DNA of 64,000 bases from an archaeon UBA583. GTDB taxonomy: Archaea; Nanobdellota; Nanobdellia; Woesearchaeales; UBA583. Of the stretch, positions 61,547 through 64,000 are shown one piece after another. Below the pieces are notes generated by a model, which worked only from the letters and a program-made list of their open reading frames with translations, had not been told where the DNA came from and did no database searches. Position 1 is the first letter of the stretch. Each line of letters starts with the position of its first letter. Position numbers and translations under genes: made by a program. The stretch spans positions 18,627 to 82,626 of the forward strand of contig DAXK01000048.1 in assembly GCA_002506365.1 (NCBI GenBank), given 5' to 3'.

Positions 61547-62047
61547 TTACTTTAATATTTCACGCAAATTATTAATTATAATTTGTTTTTTTCCATCATC
61601 AACTGGCAAAATTACTTTTAAATTTTGACCACCAAAAATCCATTTAATCTTATTATTAGTAATTAAAGGAATCTTAAGGGAATGTGGAATTTTTCCACCA
61701 ACCATCTTTAAATCTAAATACCTTAAAAATTCACTCTTTAAAATATCCTCATATAAAACCAATCTTAAATCAACTGAATTTCTAATAGCAATACCAATAT
61801 CTGTAAAAAAAACATCAACACCTCTATCAAAAACCTTATAATTTGCTAAAATATTTGATGACTTAAACTCCTCATCAGAAATTTGTTGAAATAATTTTTC
61901 CTTATTTTCTCGATATTCATCAAGACTCAATAAAGCAAAAACTCCCCAACTAAGAATTAATCCTAAAAATAAAATAAAAATAATCATACTTACCTTAAAA
62001 CTCAATGAACCTAATTCAAATGCAGTTAAAAGATAAGATATGACCAT
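61547..62047 (-). CDS. Membrane-anchored hypothetical protein
   Basis: N-terminal TM helix; 1-nt overlap with the ATPase stop. Confidence 0.45.
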   Translation of the reverse strand: MVISYLLTAFELGSLSFKVSMIIFILFLGLILSWGVFALLSLDEYRENKEKLFQQISDEEFKSSNILANYKVFDRGVDVFFTDIGIAIRNSVDLRLVLYEDILKSEFLRYLDLKMVGGKIPHSLKIPLITNNKIKWIFGGQNLKVILPVDDGKKQIIINNLREILK

Positions 62048-64000
62048 TAGTCCTCAAACCACCCAAACTTTTTACGAATATTAATTCCAACAAAATTAAA
62101 CATAAATACAAGACCTGTTGCAACAAAAATTAAAAACCATTCAAATTGACCTAAAGGCACAACATTAAATAACTTTGAAATAACTGGAACATATAAAACT
62201 AATAAATGTAAACCTAAACTTGAAACAATTGCCCAAAACAAATACATATTAGAAAATAATCCTAAACCAAATTCACTCCTAATTGAATAAATTCTCACCA
62301 TCTCCATCATAACAATCGCAGTAAAAGCAATAGTTTGTAACTTAATAATATCCCAACCTAAAGTTGAACCATATTTAATTAATCCTAAAATAGAAATACA
62401 AATTAAAATTGCAACATACACAACATTAAATGCCATAGTTTTATCCATAATACTCTCACTAGACTTTTTAGGTTTAGAATCCATTAAAGTTTTAGAATAT
62501 GGGTCAACACTTAAAGCAAGTGCAGGTAATCCATCAGTAACTAAATTTAACCAAACTAACATCACAGCAGTCATTGGAAGTGGCATATTTAAAATGATAG
62601 CAAAAAACACAACAAACACTTCAGCTAAATTTGAAGAAAATAAATAATTAATAAACTTCTTTAAATTTTCATAAATTCCTCTACCTTCCTCAACAGCTTT
62701 AACAATTGTTGTAAATTTATCATCAAGTAAAATCATATCAGAAGCTTCCTTTGAAACATCAGTCCCATTAATCCCCATAGCAACACCAATGTCAGCCTTT
62801 TTAATTGCTGGAGCATCATTTACTCCATCCCCAGTCATCGCAACCACATTTCCTTGAGATTGTAATATTCTTACAATCTCCATTTTATGCTCAGGTGCAA
62901 CTCTTGCAAAAATATTTGTATTTTTTAAAACATCTCTTTTCTTAACATCAGATAACTTTTCAAAATCAACTCCCAACATACCATTCCCAACAATTCCAAT
63001 CTTTTTAGCAATTCCTTGCGCAGTATTTAAATTATCTCCCGTAATCATAATTACACGAATTCCAGCAGTATGACATCTAGCAATTGATTCTTTAACTTCC
63101 TTATGAGGTTGATCCATCATTACCTGTAATCCAACAAAAACTAAATCTTCTTCAATATTTTTAGAATTAAACTCTTTATATGCAAACCCTAAAACTCTTA
63201 ATGCTTCATCAGCATAATTTATATTTTGTTTTAAAATAATTTCCTTATCTTTATTAGTTATCTTTCTAACTTTCCCATTATCTAATATCTTATTACAAAT
63301 ATTCAAAACATTCTCTGGAGCACCTTTTGTAAAAACTAATTTTTCCTTAGTTTCAACATTTTCTCTAACAACACTCATTAATTTTCTTGTAGAATCAAAA
63401 GGAACTTCATCAATTCTTTTCCAGTTTTTTCTTAAATGCTCAAAATCAATCCCATACTTTTTCCCGGATACAACCAAAGCTCCCTCAGTTGGATCTCCGG
63501 TAATAGTCCAATGCCCATCCTTTTTCAAAACAGTAGACTCACTCGCATTAATTCCAATCTCAAATAATCTTTTTTCAATTGACTTGTCAACTTTTCCATT
63601 AGGATTATACCCTGTCCCAGTAACCTCTGACTCATTATCTATTGTCCAAACATTTCTAACAGTCATTTTATTCTCAGTTAAAGTTCCAGTTTTATCTGTA
63701 CAAATAATATTAGTTCCACCTAATGTTTCAACTGAATCTAACTTTCTCATTAAAGCATTTTGAGAAACCATCTTTTTAACTCCAATAGCTAAAGCAACAG
63801 TTACAATTGCCGGTAATCCTGAAGGCACAGCAGCAACTGCTAAACTAATCGCAACTAAAAACCACTTCTCACTAGCAGCACTAATAAATCCTGCTACATC
63901 ACCTGAAAATAATAAACTTAAAAATCCTGCTTTATATGTTCCCATAAAAAATACAATAAAACAAATAATAATAATTCCAAATCCGATTTTTTTTCCAAAT
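62047..64000 (-). CDS. P2A-type cation-transporting ATPase, 5' end outside the window
   Basis: DKTGTLT, KGAPE, MITGD, TGDGVNDAPA, NLVTDGLP; frame stays open to the window edge (FGKKIGFGIIIICFIVFFMG). Confidence 0.93.
   Translation of the reverse strand, partial: FGKKIGFGIIIICFIVFFMGTYKAGFLSLLFSGDVAGFISAASEKWFLVAISLAVAAVPSGLPAIVTVALAIGVKKMVSQNALMRKLDSVETLGGTNIICTDKTGTLTENKMTVRNVWTIDNESEVTGTGYNPNGKVDKSIEKRLFEIGINASESTVLKKDGHWTITGDPTEGALVVSGKKYGIDFEHLRKNWKRIDEVPFDSTRKLMSVVRENVETKEKLVFTKGAPENVLNICNKILDNGKVRKITNKDKEIILKQNINYADEALRVLGFAYKEFNSKNIEEDLVFVGLQVMMDQPHKEVKESIARCHTAGIRVIMITGDNLNTAQGIAKKIGIVGNGMLGVDFEKLSDVKKRDVLKNTNIFARVAPEHKMEIVRILQSQGNVVAMTGDGVNDAPAIKKADIGVAMGINGTDVSKEASDMILLDDKFTTIVKAVEEGRGIYENLKKFINYLFSSNLAEVFVVFFAIILNMPLPMTAVMLVWLNLVTDGLPALALSVDPYSKTLMDSKPKKSSESIMDKTMAFNVVYVAILICISILGLIKYGSTLGWDIIKLQTIAFTAIVMMEMVRIYSIRSEFGLGLFSNMYLFWAIVSSLGLHLLVLYVPVISKLFNVVPLGQFEWFLIFVATGLVFMFNFVGINIRKKFGWFED

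Noticed and set aside
1..64000. CRISPR array, rRNA, transposase, integrase or prophage genes
   Set aside because: No regularly spaced repeats, GC-rich rRNA-like stretch or recognisable mobile-element proteins were found by inspection

Overview
A 64 kb, very AT-rich (roughly mid-20s % GC by eye, not computed), gene-dense chromosomal segment of an archaeon. It is most consistent with a DPANN/Woesearchaeota-like lineage, an inference from aIF6, Pop5/Rpp14, NOG1 GTPase, a NIP7-like PUA protein, GatC, archaeal-type TopA, a CCA-less tRNA-Thr(UGU) and pervasive TATA-box/leaderless promoters, mixed with bacterial-type genes (gyrA, thrS, metG, gdhA, gpsA, guaC, tag). No rRNA, CRISPR array, transposase or integrase was seen. 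Best candidates for undescribed systems: (1) a compact His-Xaa-Ser-type radical SAM RiPP cluster (14.1-18.4 kb) whose precursor carries His-Xaa-Asn rather than His-Xaa-Ser motifs and which includes a candidate ABBA/LynF-like prenyltransferase; (2) a divergent MoaA-like radical SAM head-to-head with an NDK-HD fusion and flanked by a NUDIX hydrolase (48.3-51.0 kb); (3) a eukaryote-like deoxyhypusine hydroxylase with all four HE motifs; (4) a GCS2 ligase + M14 hydrolase + decayed lysA operon (the lysA pseudogene is not in the ORF track) near an LD-carboxypeptidase. All functional calls come from motif recognition only; no database search was run.
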